The position numbers and the translations under genes were made by a program. A model generated the notes under the pieces. That model had not been told where the DNA came from and did no database searches. It worked only from the letters and a program-made list of their open reading frames with translations. From contig OZ245015.1 in the NCBI GenBank assembly GCA_965223705.1, forward strand, positions 4,032,001 to 4,096,000: a DNA stretch of 64,000 nucleotides, read 5' to 3'. The stretch's first letter is position 1. Each line of letters opens with the position of its first letter. Shown in pieces: positions 48,091 to 57,510 of the stretch. This DNA comes from Myxococcota bacterium (lineage in GTDB: Bacteria; Myxococcota_A; UBA9160; UBA6930).

Positions 48091-49065
48091 GTGAAAACGA
48101 AAAGGCGTGAACTTTACCCCGCCATCGAGCCCTACCACAGCGGTCACCTGCGCGTTTCACCACACCACGAGTTGTATTTCGAAGTCTCGGGGCGGCCCGA
48201 CGGACAAGCCGCTGTATTTCTCCACGGGGGTCCGGGCGGCGGGACCGACCCGAACCAACGGCGTTTCTTCGACCCGGAGCATTACCGGATCGTGTTGTTC
48301 GATCAACGCGGATGTGGTCGGAGCTCGCCGCACGCGAGCCTCGAAGACAATACAACCTGGCACCTCGTCGAGGACATCGAGCGGTTGCGAGAACACTTGG
48401 GCGTCGATCGCTGGCTTGTCTTCGGAGGGTCTTGGGGCAGCACGTTGGCCTTGGCGTACGCGGAAACCCATCCCGAACGCGTCCGCGCGCTGGTCCTACG
48501 CGGGATCTTCCTCCTGTCGGAACGCGAGCTTTCGTGGTTCTACCAAGAGGGCACGAGCCGTTTCTTCCCGGACAGCTGGGAACGCTATCTCGATCCAATT
48601 CCACCGGAAGAGCGCGGCGACCTGCTTCGCGCCTACCACCGCCGCCTGACGTCGGACGATCCCGACGTGCGGCGCGTCGCCGCACGAGCGTGGAGTCAGT
48701 GGGAAGGCGGAACAAGCTTTCTGTTGCCCGACTCGGCCTTCGTCGCGCACACAGGCGAAGAGGAGTTCAGTCTCGCGTTCGCGCGAATCGAGTCGCATTT
48801 CTTTGTGAACGGAGGCTTCTTCGAGCCGCGGGATCAACTACTTCGCAACATCGACCGGATCCGGAGTATTCCCGGGGTGATCGTCCAAGGGCGCTACGAC
48901 GTCATCTGTCCGCCGGAGACGGCGTGGGCCCTGCACCGGGCCTGGCCCGAAGCGACGCTCGAATGGGTCCCCGACGCTGGACACTCGGCCTTCGAACGGG
49001 GCACCGTCGACGCGTTGGTTCGCGCGACCGATGGCTACCGCGAGTCCGCTTCTCCGGACAGGTAA
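48091..49065 (+). CDS. pip: Proline iminopeptidase
   Basis: HGGPG, 'FDQRGCGRS', 'FGGSWGS', 'GRYDVICP', 'AGHS'; GGAGG RBS. Confidence 0.95.
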   Translation: MKTKRRELYPAIEPYHSGHLRVSPHHELYFEVSGRPDGQAAVFLHGGPGGGTDPNQRRFFDPEHYRIVLFDQRGCGRSSPHASLEDNTTWHLVEDIERLREHLGVDRWLVFGGSWGSTLALAYAETHPERVRALVLRGIFLLSERELSWFYQEGTSRFFPDSWERYLDPIPPEERGDLLRAYHRRLTSDDPDVRRVAARAWSQWEGGTSFLLPDSAFVAHTGEEEFSLAFARIESHFFVNGGFFEPRDQLLRNIDRIRSIPGVIVQGRYDVICPPETAWALHRAWPEATLEWVPDAGHSAFERGTVDALVRATDGYRESASPDR

Positions 49066-50243
49066 CGAAGTGCCACGGCCGCGTGCAGCGCGATGCCCTG
49101 GGCCATGCCGTCTTCGTTGAGTCGCATCCGATTCGAGTGGCAAGGGGCGGGGGCGCGACCGTCGTCGGGCGCGACACCCAGAAACACCATCGCGCCGGGC
49201 CAGCGCTCGAGCATGTAGGAAAAGTCTTCGGCGCCCATGATCGGCGCGGGAAGCTCGAAGACGTGCTCTGCACCGAGCAGTTCGCGCGCCACGCCGTGGG
49301 CGAAGCCCGCGAAGTCCGCGTCGTTGACGGTGACCGGGTATCCCGGGTCGATATCGATTTCGGCCTCGAGCTCGTGCGCGGACGCGATTCCCCGAGCGAC
49401 GCGTTTCAGGCCGGCGATCGCGTCGGCGCGCGCGCGTTCCGACGTCGCCCGAATGGTTCCGAGGAGTTCGGCGGATTCGGGAATGACGTTGTTCGTCGTA
49501 CCCGCGGCGATTTTCGTCACGGTGAGCACGACCGGATCGTGCGCGGGGATACGACGCGTCACAAAGGCCTGAAGCGCTTGAACGATCTCGCAGGCTACGG
49601 GAATCGGATCCCGCGTATCGTGAGGCATCGACGCGTGTCCGCCGCGACCGCGCACGACCAGCGTAAACACGTCGGCGGACGCGAGGAACGGACCGGGACG
49701 CCCGGCCACGCGGCCCACCGGGAGTCGCGGATCGATATGGATCGCGAACGCCGCGCTCGGAGCGGGCTCGTCGAGCACCCCTTCGTCGAGCATGTACTTC
49801 GCCCCGAAGTGACCCTCCTCCCCAGCTTGAAAGACGAAGCGAATCGTCCCGGAAAAAGCGTCGCGCTTGCGCGACAGGAGCTTTGCCGCGCCCACCAGCA
49901 TCGCCGTATGCGCGTCGTGACCGCACGCGTGCATCCGACCCTCGCGCTTCGAGGCGAAGGGCAAGCCGGTATCTTCGGGCATCGGCAGGGCGTCCATGTC
50001 CGCCCGGAGGAGCAACGTCGGGCCCGGTCGGTGGCCTTCGAGATCGGCGATGAGGCCCGACGTGGTCTCGCACCGGGTCAGCTTCAGATCGAGCGGCGCG
50101 AGCGCCGCCTCCACCGCCGCGCGAGTCTCGGGCAGCATGAGGCCGAGCTCCGGTTTCTCGTGGAGTTGTCTCCGAAGAGAGACGGCGTCGGGTAGGAGCG
50201 ACGCGGCATCGGGCAGGAGGGATCCGAGGGAGTTCGTCGACAT
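49035..50243 (-). CDS. M20 amidohydrolase (hippuricase-like)
   Basis: 'RADMDALP', 'MHACGHDAH', 'FQAGEE', 'GGHASMP', 'AEDFS'. Confidence 0.92.
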   Translation of the reverse strand: MSTNSLGSLLPDAASLLPDAVSLRRQLHEKPELGLMLPETRAAVEAALAPLDLKLTRCETTSGLIADLEGHRPGPTLLLRADMDALPMPEDTGLPFASKREGRMHACGHDAHTAMLVGAAKLLSRKRDAFSGTIRFVFQAGEEGHFGAKYMLDEGVLDEPAPSAAFAIHIDPRLPVGRVAGRPGPFLASADVFTLVVRGRGGHASMPHDTRDPIPVACEIVQALQAFVTRRIPAHDPVVLTVTKIAAGTTNNVIPESAELLGTIRATSERARADAIAGLKRVARGIASAHELEAEIDIDPGYPVTVNDADFAGFAHGVARELLGAEHVFELPAPIMGAEDFSYMLERWPGAMVFLGVAPDDGRAPAPCHSNRMRLNEDGMAQGIALHAAVALRYLSGEADSR

Positions 50244-50283
50244 CGTGATAGGATGCCACGTCCGTCGAAAAAAGGAGAAGGAC

Positions 50284-51306
50284 GTGCGTTTTGGATTCAT
50301 GGAGGACTTCCGCAACCCGGTGAAGTGGCGGCGCCCGTTTCCCGAATTCTATGAAGCGATTCTCGAGCAGATCACGCGCGCCGAAGCAGCGGGCTACGAC
50401 AATGTCTGGTTGACGGAACACCACTTCACCGAGGACGGCTACAACCCGGCGCTCCTCCCGACGGCGACTGCGATCGCGACCCGCACCCGCACGATCCGCA
50501 TCGGCACGTTCATCTTGTTGCTTCCCTATCAACACCCGGTGCGCTGCGCGGAAGACGTCGCCTGCGTCGACCTTTTCTCGAACGGCCGCTTCGATTTCGG
50601 TATCGGGCAGGGTTACTCATATCACGAGTGGAACGCGCTCTGTCTCGACCGCAGCGAACGCGGCGAACGCATGGCCGAAGGCATCGACATCATCAAGAAG
50701 CTCTTCACCGAAGATCGCGTGACCTACGACGGCAAGTTCACACGCATCAAAGACCTGACACTGTCACCGAAACCCGTTCAACAGCCGCATCCGCCGATCT
50801 GGATCGGCGCGCGGGGACCGAAAGCGATTCGTCGCGCCGCGAAGATGGGTTACCACCTGATGGGAACGATCGGTCCGGACCCGGCGCCTCCGTACCGCGA
50901 TGCGCTTCGAGACGAAGGGAGGAACCCCGACGCCTTCAACATCGCGCAGTTGCGGATGGTCTACACCGCGAAGTCCGACGACCAAGCGTGGGCCGACGTG
51001 CAAGACCATCTCTACCACCTGTTGACCTTTTACCAAGACATCCTGTCGGAAGCGAAGGATGCGGCCGGCGACGAGAAGCCCCTGCCCTTCGATTCACCGG
51101 AGGGCATCCGCGGTTCCGCCGCTAGCGCGGGCATGCTGATCGGCTCTCCGGATACGGTCGCCCGCGGGATGCAGGAATTCTGCGACAACTACGCGTGCAC
51201 GGACTTCATCATGGGTACGCAGTTTCCGGGACTCGATCCGGCGAAAGGCACAGCGGCGCTCGAGCTGTTCGCAAAAGAAGTGATGCCGAGTTTTCGGGAC
51301 GCGTAG
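50284..51306 (+). CDS. LLM-class flavin-dependent oxidoreductase
   Basis: 'VWLTEHHF', 'HPVRCAED', 'PVQQPHPPIW'; GTG start follows AGGAG. Confidence 0.9.
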   Translation: MRFGFMEDFRNPVKWRRPFPEFYEAILEQITRAEAAGYDNVWLTEHHFTEDGYNPALLPTATAIATRTRTIRIGTFILLLPYQHPVRCAEDVACVDLFSNGRFDFGIGQGYSYHEWNALCLDRSERGERMAEGIDIIKKLFTEDRVTYDGKFTRIKDLTLSPKPVQQPHPPIWIGARGPKAIRRAAKMGYHLMGTIGPDPAPPYRDALRDEGRNPDAFNIAQLRMVYTAKSDDQAWADVQDHLYHLLTFYQDILSEAKDAAGDEKPLPFDSPEGIRGSAASAGMLIGSPDTVARGMQEFCDNYACTDFIMGTQFPGLDPAKGTAALELFAKEVMPSFRDA

Positions 51307-51315
51307 GGACGCAGC

Positions 51316-52878
51316 TCAGTCCTCGACGAAGCGGGGGTACAGCGCGTCGCCCTTCGCGAGCTCGGTACCGTCGGTCAGTCCGCCCCATGCACGCCACGCG
51401 GCGAAATCGCCGCGTCCGCGGTCGGCGAGTGCGCTCTCGTAGTCGAGACCACAGCGACGCCAGACCTCGGGCATCTTCGTAGTCAGCGCGGGCCAGAGGT
51501 AGAGGCTCGCGATGCGGTAGGCCTCTGCGCAGCGGTAGAGGATCTCCTCGACCTGGGCCTGATTCGCCGCCTCTTTGGCCAACTTGAACGGCTGCGTCTC
51601 TTGGATGTAGCCGTCGATCGCCTTCACGATATCGACACCTTGTTCGATGCGATCGAGCCCAAGCGCCTGGCTCGAGGCGCGCGACGTGATCGCGTCGATC
51701 GCTTCGCCGAGGCCGGCTCCATCGACGCGCCTCGGAAGCCGCCCTTCGCAGTAGCGGCCCGTCATGTTCGCGATGCGACTCCAAGAGTTGCCAACCGTGT
51801 TCGCCAGCTCGGCGTTGTAGACCTCGACGAAACGCGCGCGGGCGAAGTCGCTGTCGACGGTCTCGATCGGTCCTTGGGTCGCCAGGTAGAAGCGCAGCGC
51901 GTCGAGCCCGAACGTGTCGCGATAGTCGTGTAACTGTTCGAGATCGACGAAGTTGCCGAGGGACTTACTCATCTTCTGGCCTTCGCTGATCCAGAAGCTG
52001 TGCGAGTAGATCATGCCCGGCACATCCAACCATTCATTGCCCGCGACTTTTTGGACGGCCATCAGGACGGCCGGCCAAATCACCGAGTGGAACCAGAGAA
52101 TGTCCTTCGCGATCAGGTGGATGTCGGCAGGCCAGCGAAACCGACGTTCGTCGGTGGCGACCGCCGACGCGTAGTTCAGCAACGCGTCGATCCAGACATA
52201 GATCAAATGATCCGGGTGGCCGGGGAAATGCACGCCCCAATCGCCGCCCCCGGTCCGCGAAATCGGGACGTCGGCGAGGCCCTCTTTGATGCGCGAGATC
52301 ATTTCATTCTGGCGCGCCTCGGGTCTCACGAAGGCCGGGGTCCGCGTGTGGAGCGCCAGCATCGGCTCGGCGTACGCGGACAGGCGAAAGAAGTAGTTCT
52401 CCTCGGTCCGTCGGACCAAAGGCTTTCGGGTCACCGGCGAGCAGTAGTCGTACTCTTTGGCCCGTGCTTCGGGGACGTACTCTTCCTGGCTGGCGTCGTA
52501 CCAACCCTCGTACTCCCCGAGATACACGTCGCCGCTCGCCACCAGGTCGGCAATGACTTTCTCGACAAACCCGATGTGACGCGGCTCCGACGTCCGGATG
52601 AAGTCGTCGTTCGCGATGCCGAATTCGGCAAACGTGTCGCGAAACGCTGCCGCGTTTTGGTCCGCCCAAGCGCGCGTCTCGAGGCCTCGCTCCGCCGCGG
52701 CATCGACCACCTTGGCGGCGTGCTCGTCCGTTCCGGTGAGGAAGAACACGTCCTCGCCGGCCAGGCGGCGGGTCCTCGCGACGATGTCGGCGATCGTCGT
52801 CGTGTAGATATGCCCGATATGCGGCCGATCGTTGACGTAGTAGATCGGCGTTGTGATGTAGAACGGATCGGCGCTCAT
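51316..52878 (-). CDS. metG: Methionine--tRNA ligase (short form)
   Basis: 'YITTPIYYVN..PHIGH', 'GTDEH', 'YVWIDAL', KMSKS; no C-terminal Trbp domain. Confidence 0.95.
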   Translation of the reverse strand: MSADPFYITTPIYYVNDRPHIGHIYTTTIADIVARTRRLAGEDVFFLTGTDEHAAKVVDAAAERGLETRAWADQNAAAFRDTFAEFGIANDDFIRTSEPRHIGFVEKVIADLVASGDVYLGEYEGWYDASQEEYVPEARAKEYDYCSPVTRKPLVRRTEENYFFRLSAYAEPMLALHTRTPAFVRPEARQNEMISRIKEGLADVPISRTGGGDWGVHFPGHPDHLIYVWIDALLNYASAVATDERRFRWPADIHLIAKDILWFHSVIWPAVLMAVQKVAGNEWLDVPGMIYSHSFWISEGQKMSKSLGNFVDLEQLHDYRDTFGLDALRFYLATQGPIETVDSDFARARFVEVYNAELANTVGNSWSRIANMTGRYCEGRLPRRVDGAGLGEAIDAITSRASSQALGLDRIEQGVDIVKAIDGYIQETQPFKLAKEAANQAQVEEILYRCAEAYRIASLYLWPALTTKMPEVWRRCGLDYESALADRGRGDFAAWRAWGGLTDGTELAKGDALYPRFVED

Positions 52879-52962
52879 GGTGCCCTCGGTGGGCGGAAGG
52901 TAGTGAAGCGCGAGCCGCGCACCAGAGCCGACGGCTCGCCCGCGCTCTGATACCCTCCCCCC

Positions 52963-53940
52963 ATGCGCCAACGACCGCGCCGAAACCGAGCCGATGCCAC
53001 CCGGCGCCGTTTGCTCCGGGAGACCGCCCTCTCTCCCTCAGATCTGGTGCTTCCGGTGTTCGTGCAGGAAGGCACCGATTCGGAGACGCCGATTCCCTCC
53101 ATGCCCGGCCACGCCCGGCTGTCGATCGACCGCCTGCTCCGAAAAGCCGATGAGGCCGCGCGCCTCGGCCTCTCCGGGCTCGCCCTGTTTCCCGCGATCC
53201 CCGACGAAGAGAAAGATTCTCGAGGCAGTGCCTCGACCAAGCCCGACGGGCTGCTGCCCCGGACCATCCGCGCCCTCAAGCGAGAGCACCCGGAGCTGCT
53301 GGTGATCACGGACGTAGCGCTCGATCCCTACTCGTCAGACGGTCACGACGGCGTGCTCGTCGACGGCCGCATCGACAACGACGCGACCCTCCCGATCCTC
53401 GCGGCGATGGCGGTCACCCAGGCGGAGGCCGGAGCCGACATCGTCGCTCCGTCCGACATGATGGACGGCCGGGTCGGCGTGATGAGAGATGCCCTCGACG
53501 AGGCCGGTTTCACGGATGTCGGGATCGGCAGCTACTGCGTCAAGTACGCGTCCGCTTTCTACGGGCCATTTCGCGACGCGCTCGACAGCGCACCTCGCGG
53601 TGGCGACAAGAAGACGTATCAGATGGATCCCGCCAACGCGCGCGAAGCGCTGCGCGAGCTCCGGCTCGACGAAGCCGAAGGCGCGGATTGGGTCATGGTC
53701 AAGCCCGGCCTGCCCTACGCCGACATCATTCGACTCGTGAGGGATCACACGCATCTTCCCGTCGCGGCGTATCACGTGAGCGGCGAGTACGCGATGCTGT
53801 GCGCGGCCGCCGAACGCGGGTGGATCGACTACGAGGCGTGCCTACTCGAAAGTCTGATGACCCTGCGTCGCGCGGGCGCAGACGTCATCTTCACGTACGG
53901 TGCGCTCGACGCCGCGGCCCGGCTCCACGACGAGTCCTAG
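52963..53940 (+). CDS. hemB: Porphobilinogen synthase (Asp-rich, Zn-independent type)
   Basis: 'DVALDPYSSDGHDG', 'APSDMMDGRV', 'KYASAFYGPFRDA', 'MVKPG', 'AYHVSGEY'. Confidence 0.96.
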   Translation: MRQRPRRNRADATRRRLLRETALSPSDLVLPVFVQEGTDSETPIPSMPGHARLSIDRLLRKADEAARLGLSGLALFPAIPDEEKDSRGSASTKPDGLLPRTIRALKREHPELLVITDVALDPYSSDGHDGVLVDGRIDNDATLPILAAMAVTQAEAGADIVAPSDMMDGRVGVMRDALDEAGFTDVGIGSYCVKYASAFYGPFRDALDSAPRGGDKKTYQMDPANAREALRELRLDEAEGADWVMVKPGLPYADIIRLVRDHTHLPVAAYHVSGEYAMLCAAAERGWIDYEACLLESLMTLRRAGADVIFTYGALDAAARLHDES

Positions 53941-53947
53941 TCCCGCC

Positions 53948-54454
53948 TTGGCTTCTTCGTTCTCGCTTCGGTTGGGCAAAGAGGATTTCAAGTTCTCCGC
54001 CGCCCATTTCACGCTCTTCCCCGACGGCAGTGGCGAGCTCCTCCACGGCCACAACTACACCGTTCGTGTGGCCGTAGACGGCGACGAGCTCGACGAGGCC
54101 GGACTTCTGGTCGACATCGCCGCCCTCAAAAAACACGTTCGCGCGATGTGTGCACGCTACGACGAGCACACGTTGATCCCGACAGAAAGCCAGCTCCTGG
54201 GCGTCTCGGTTCTCAAGGGCCAAGTCGAGGTGCGGTTCGGCGATCGGCTCTACCGGCTGCCGGAACGCGACGTCGTCTTGCTGCCGCTGGTCAACTTAAC
54301 GATGGAGCTGCTCGCGGCGATGTTGTGGGAGGAGATCGCGACGACGCTTCGCGGCAGCCGCGCAACCGCGCTCGAGGTCGAAGTGGAAGAAACCTCCGGT
54401 CAGAGCTGCGCCTACCGCGCGTCTCTAGCCGTCGGGACCTCGGTCTCCCGATGA
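53948..54454 (+). CDS. 6-pyruvoyl-tetrahydropterin synthase/QueD family, ExxHGH (PTPS-III) type
   Basis: 'FSAAHF', 'GELLHGHNY', 'T.ELLA', 'VEET'; probable TTG start at 53948. Confidence 0.85.
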   Translation: MASSFSLRLGKEDFKFSAAHFTLFPDGSGELLHGHNYTVRVAVDGDELDEAGLLVDIAALKKHVRAMCARYDEHTLIPTESQLLGVSVLKGQVEVRFGDRLYRLPERDVVLLPLVNLTMELLAAMLWEEIATTLRGSRATALEVEVEETSGQSCAYRASLAVGTSVSR

Positions 54455-56112
54455 GCTGGCAACTCGCGCGGCGGAGCGATTTCCCCGGAGTTCGCGGACC
54501 GGTTGTCGTCTGCGTGATGGACGGTGTGGGCATCGGCCGGAGAGACGCGACGGACGCGGTCTACATGGCGCCGACACCCACCCTCGATTGGCTCGCTGCG
54601 CATGCTGCGGCCGGTCAGCTCGCCGCTCACGGAACCGCGGTCGGTATGCCCAGCGACGAGGACATGGGCAACAGCGAAGTCGGTCACAACGCGCTCGGCG
54701 CCGGGCGCGTTTTTCGGCAGGGCGCGAGCCTCGTGGCGGACGCCATCGCGTCCGGAGGCGTCTTCGACGGCGACGTTTGGCAGCGTCTCACAGAACGCGT
54801 CCGCGAAAGCGGCGAGCCGCTGCATTTCATCGGGCTCCTGTCCGATGGCAACGTGCACAGTCACATCGATCATCTCGTCGCGATGGTCCGCCGCTGCGAT
54901 GCCGAGGAAGTCCGCAAGATTCGGGTTCACGCGCTACTCGACGGCCGGGACGTGCCGGAGCAAAGCGCGCTCGGCTACGTCGACGCCTTGGAAGAGCTCC
55001 TCGAGACGATTTCGCGCAAGAGTGATCGGGACTACCGCGTCGCGTCCGGCGGCGGCCGTATGAACGTCACCATGGACCGCTACGAGGCGGATTGGTCGAT
55101 CGTCGAAACCGGTTGGAACGCGCACGTCCACGGTGAAGGCCGCCGCTTCCGGAGCGCGCGGGAGGCGATTTCGACGTTTCGGGACGAGTCTCCGGGGGTC
55201 GGTGATCAGTTTCTCCCCGCGTTCGTCGTCGAAGGTGACGATTGCGAGCCCGTCGGCCGGATCCGCGACGGTGCGTCGGTGGTCCTCTTCAACTTTCGCG
55301 GTGATCGCGCCATCGAGATCAGCCGCGCCTTCGACGACGAGGACTTTTCCGCGTTCTCCCGAGGAGCCCGACCCGATGTCGCCTTCGCGGGCATGATGGA
55401 ATACGACGGCGACACCCATGTCCCGCGGTCGTTCCTCGTCGCGCCGCCGGCGATCGATCGGACCCTCGGCGAATATCTCGCCCGGAACGGTCTGTCCCAG
55501 TTGGCGATCAGCGAAACCCAGAAGTTCGGGCACGTCACCTACTTTTGGAACGGCAACCGAAGCGGCGCCTTCGATCCGGATCTCGAGCGATACGTCGAGA
55601 TCCCGAGCGACCGCGTCCCCTTTGAACAACGCCCGTGGATGAAGGCGGCCGAGATCACCGATCGACTGATCGGCGAGCTTCGATCCGGCGGCTTCCGCCA
55701 CGCCCGCGTGAACTACGCGAACGGCGACATGGTCGGACATACCGGCCACTGCCAGGCCACGGTGGTTTCGGTGGCCGCGCTCGACCTGCAGCTCGGGCGT
55801 CTCCTTCCGGTCATTGAACAGCTCGAAGGCGCGCTGATCGTGACAGCCGACCACGGAAACGCGGACGAGATGTTTGAGATCGACGGGAAGACGGGCGAAG
55901 TGCGGCAGGACGCCGCGGGACGCGACCGACCCCGAACGAGCCACAGCCTGAACCCGGTCCCCTTCTACGTCTACGCCCCGGGACACCGCCTCGAGCTCAC
56001 CGAGACCCAGGGGCTCGGGCTGGCGAACGTCGCGGGCGCCACGCTCCACCTTCTGGGGTTCGACCCGCCCGAGGGATTCCATCCCTCCCCGTTGCAGGTC
56101 GCGCTACGGTAA
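54451..56112 (+). CDS. gpmI: 2,3-bisphosphoglycerate-independent phosphoglycerate mutase
   Basis: 'MGNSEVGH', 'LSDGNVHSH', 'FNFRGDRA', 'SETQKFGHVT', 'NGDMVGH', 'TADHGN'; ATGA coupling to the previous gene. Confidence 0.95.
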   Translation: MSWQLARRSDFPGVRGPVVVCVMDGVGIGRRDATDAVYMAPTPTLDWLAAHAAAGQLAAHGTAVGMPSDEDMGNSEVGHNALGAGRVFRQGASLVADAIASGGVFDGDVWQRLTERVRESGEPLHFIGLLSDGNVHSHIDHLVAMVRRCDAEEVRKIRVHALLDGRDVPEQSALGYVDALEELLETISRKSDRDYRVASGGGRMNVTMDRYEADWSIVETGWNAHVHGEGRRFRSAREAISTFRDESPGVGDQFLPAFVVEGDDCEPVGRIRDGASVVLFNFRGDRAIEISRAFDDEDFSAFSRGARPDVAFAGMMEYDGDTHVPRSFLVAPPAIDRTLGEYLARNGLSQLAISETQKFGHVTYFWNGNRSGAFDPDLERYVEIPSDRVPFEQRPWMKAAEITDRLIGELRSGGFRHARVNYANGDMVGHTGHCQATVVSVAALDLQLGRLLPVIEQLEGALIVTADHGNADEMFEIDGKTGEVRQDAAGRDRPRTSHSLNPVPFYVYAPGHRLELTETQGLGLANVAGATLHLLGFDPPEGFHPSPLQVALR

Positions 56113-56118
56113 AAGGCG

Positions 56119-57510
56119 ATGCAAGCCCCGACTCCCGTCCACCTGGTCTCCGGTTTTCTCGGCGCCGGTAAAACCACGACGATCCGCAGACTCCTCGAGA
56201 GAAACGGGGACGAGCAGATCGCGCTCATCGTGAACGATTTCGGAGAGGCCTCGTTTGACGAGGTCACGCTCAGCGAAGAGAAGCCCTTCGCGATCCAGAA
56301 CATCCCCGGTGGCTGTGTGTGCTGTACCGCGCCCGAAGGTTTTGTCGACGCGCTCGGAGCGGTCCTCGAGCAGGGGCCCGACCGACTCGTCATCGAGCCC
56401 ACCGGCCTCGCGCGTCCCCAAGACTTGATCGACACCATGCGGCGCTCGCCCCACGGATCGGCGATCGAGCTTCTACCGGTGATCGTCCTCGTCGACCCCC
56501 ACAATCTCGCGTCCCCGGACGAAACGACCCGAGCGCTCCTCCGCGAGCAAGCGGAAGCCGCGGACATCCTGCTGGCGAATCGCTGCGACCTCGCCACGCC
56601 CGAGGAGCTCGAGCGATTCGAGGCGTTCGCCGCTGAACTCTGGCCGGGACCCTTGGCGGTTCATCGCACCGAGTTTGGCGCCATCCCCCCGAGCGCGTGG
56701 GAATGGCCGGAGGGCGAAGGCGCTCGCGCCTCGCGCAGAGTCGAGATTTCCGAGGGGCACGACCACGCGCATCCCCACGAGCACGGCGATTCCACCAAAG
56801 GGTTCCGCGCCCGCTCGTGGCGCTGGCCGGCCGATGCGGTCTTCGCCTACCCGCGTCTACAGGAAGCGCTCGCCCGCGCGGTCGCCGGCGATTCGGGCAG
56901 ACGACTCGCCCGATTCAAGGGCATTTTTCGAACGCAAGAGGGAACGAGTCTCCTCGAAATTGCGGGGGACGTGCTGCACGACCGCTTGACCTCGTACCGC
57001 AGGGACAGCCGTGCGGACGCCATTCTGGTCGACGGTGACGACGCGAGCTTCGAGAAGATCGGCCAATGGCTCGAGGCCGCGCGGCTCTCCGACGATGAAC
57101 TGGCACTGCCCGCCGACCGCATCCAGATCGCGCCGGCTTCGGGAGAAGCCAAGCTCGTCGCCCGCGATACGTTGTCCGCACTGCCCGAAGGGCTCGACGA
57201 CGCGGCCTCGCTCTTCCCGAAACGCGCAGGCCAAGCGGCTTCCGTCGACGCGCTCTTCTCGTCGCTCGCACTTTCGGACCGGGGCCTCGCGGTCGTCGTC
57301 GCATCCGACGGATTCGCGAGCGAAGCCATTCCGGTTCGAGCGCTGCGGCGGGGCTACCTGCTCCATTCCCAGGAGGGCGAGCCGCTCCCCGCGAAACAAG
57401 GCGGGCCGTTTCGGCTTCTCATTCCCGATGGGACCGAGGGCGTGCCTTCCTCTTGTGCCAACGTGAAGGGCGTCGTGAAAATCGTGCTGCGGGAAGAGCC
57501 AGCGCCCTAG
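56119..57510 (+). CDS. COG0523/CobW-family metal-binding GTPase with extra C-terminal molybdopterin-oxidoreductase-like domain
   Basis: GFLGAGKTT, NDFGE, GCVCC, IEPTG, His patch HDHAHPHEH; tail 'ASDGF...GEPLP..QGGPFRLLIP...NVKGVVKI'. Confidence 0.85.
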   Translation: MQAPTPVHLVSGFLGAGKTTTIRRLLERNGDEQIALIVNDFGEASFDEVTLSEEKPFAIQNIPGGCVCCTAPEGFVDALGAVLEQGPDRLVIEPTGLARPQDLIDTMRRSPHGSAIELLPVIVLVDPHNLASPDETTRALLREQAEAADILLANRCDLATPEELERFEAFAAELWPGPLAVHRTEFGAIPPSAWEWPEGEGARASRRVEISEGHDHAHPHEHGDSTKGFRARSWRWPADAVFAYPRLQEALARAVAGDSGRRLARFKGIFRTQEGTSLLEIAGDVLHDRLTSYRRDSRADAILVDGDDASFEKIGQWLEAARLSDDELALPADRIQIAPASGEAKLVARDTLSALPEGLDDAASLFPKRAGQAASVDALFSSLALSDRGLAVVVASDGFASEAIPVRALRRGYLLHSQEGEPLPAKQGGPFRLLIPDGTEGVPSSCANVKGVVKIVLREEPAP

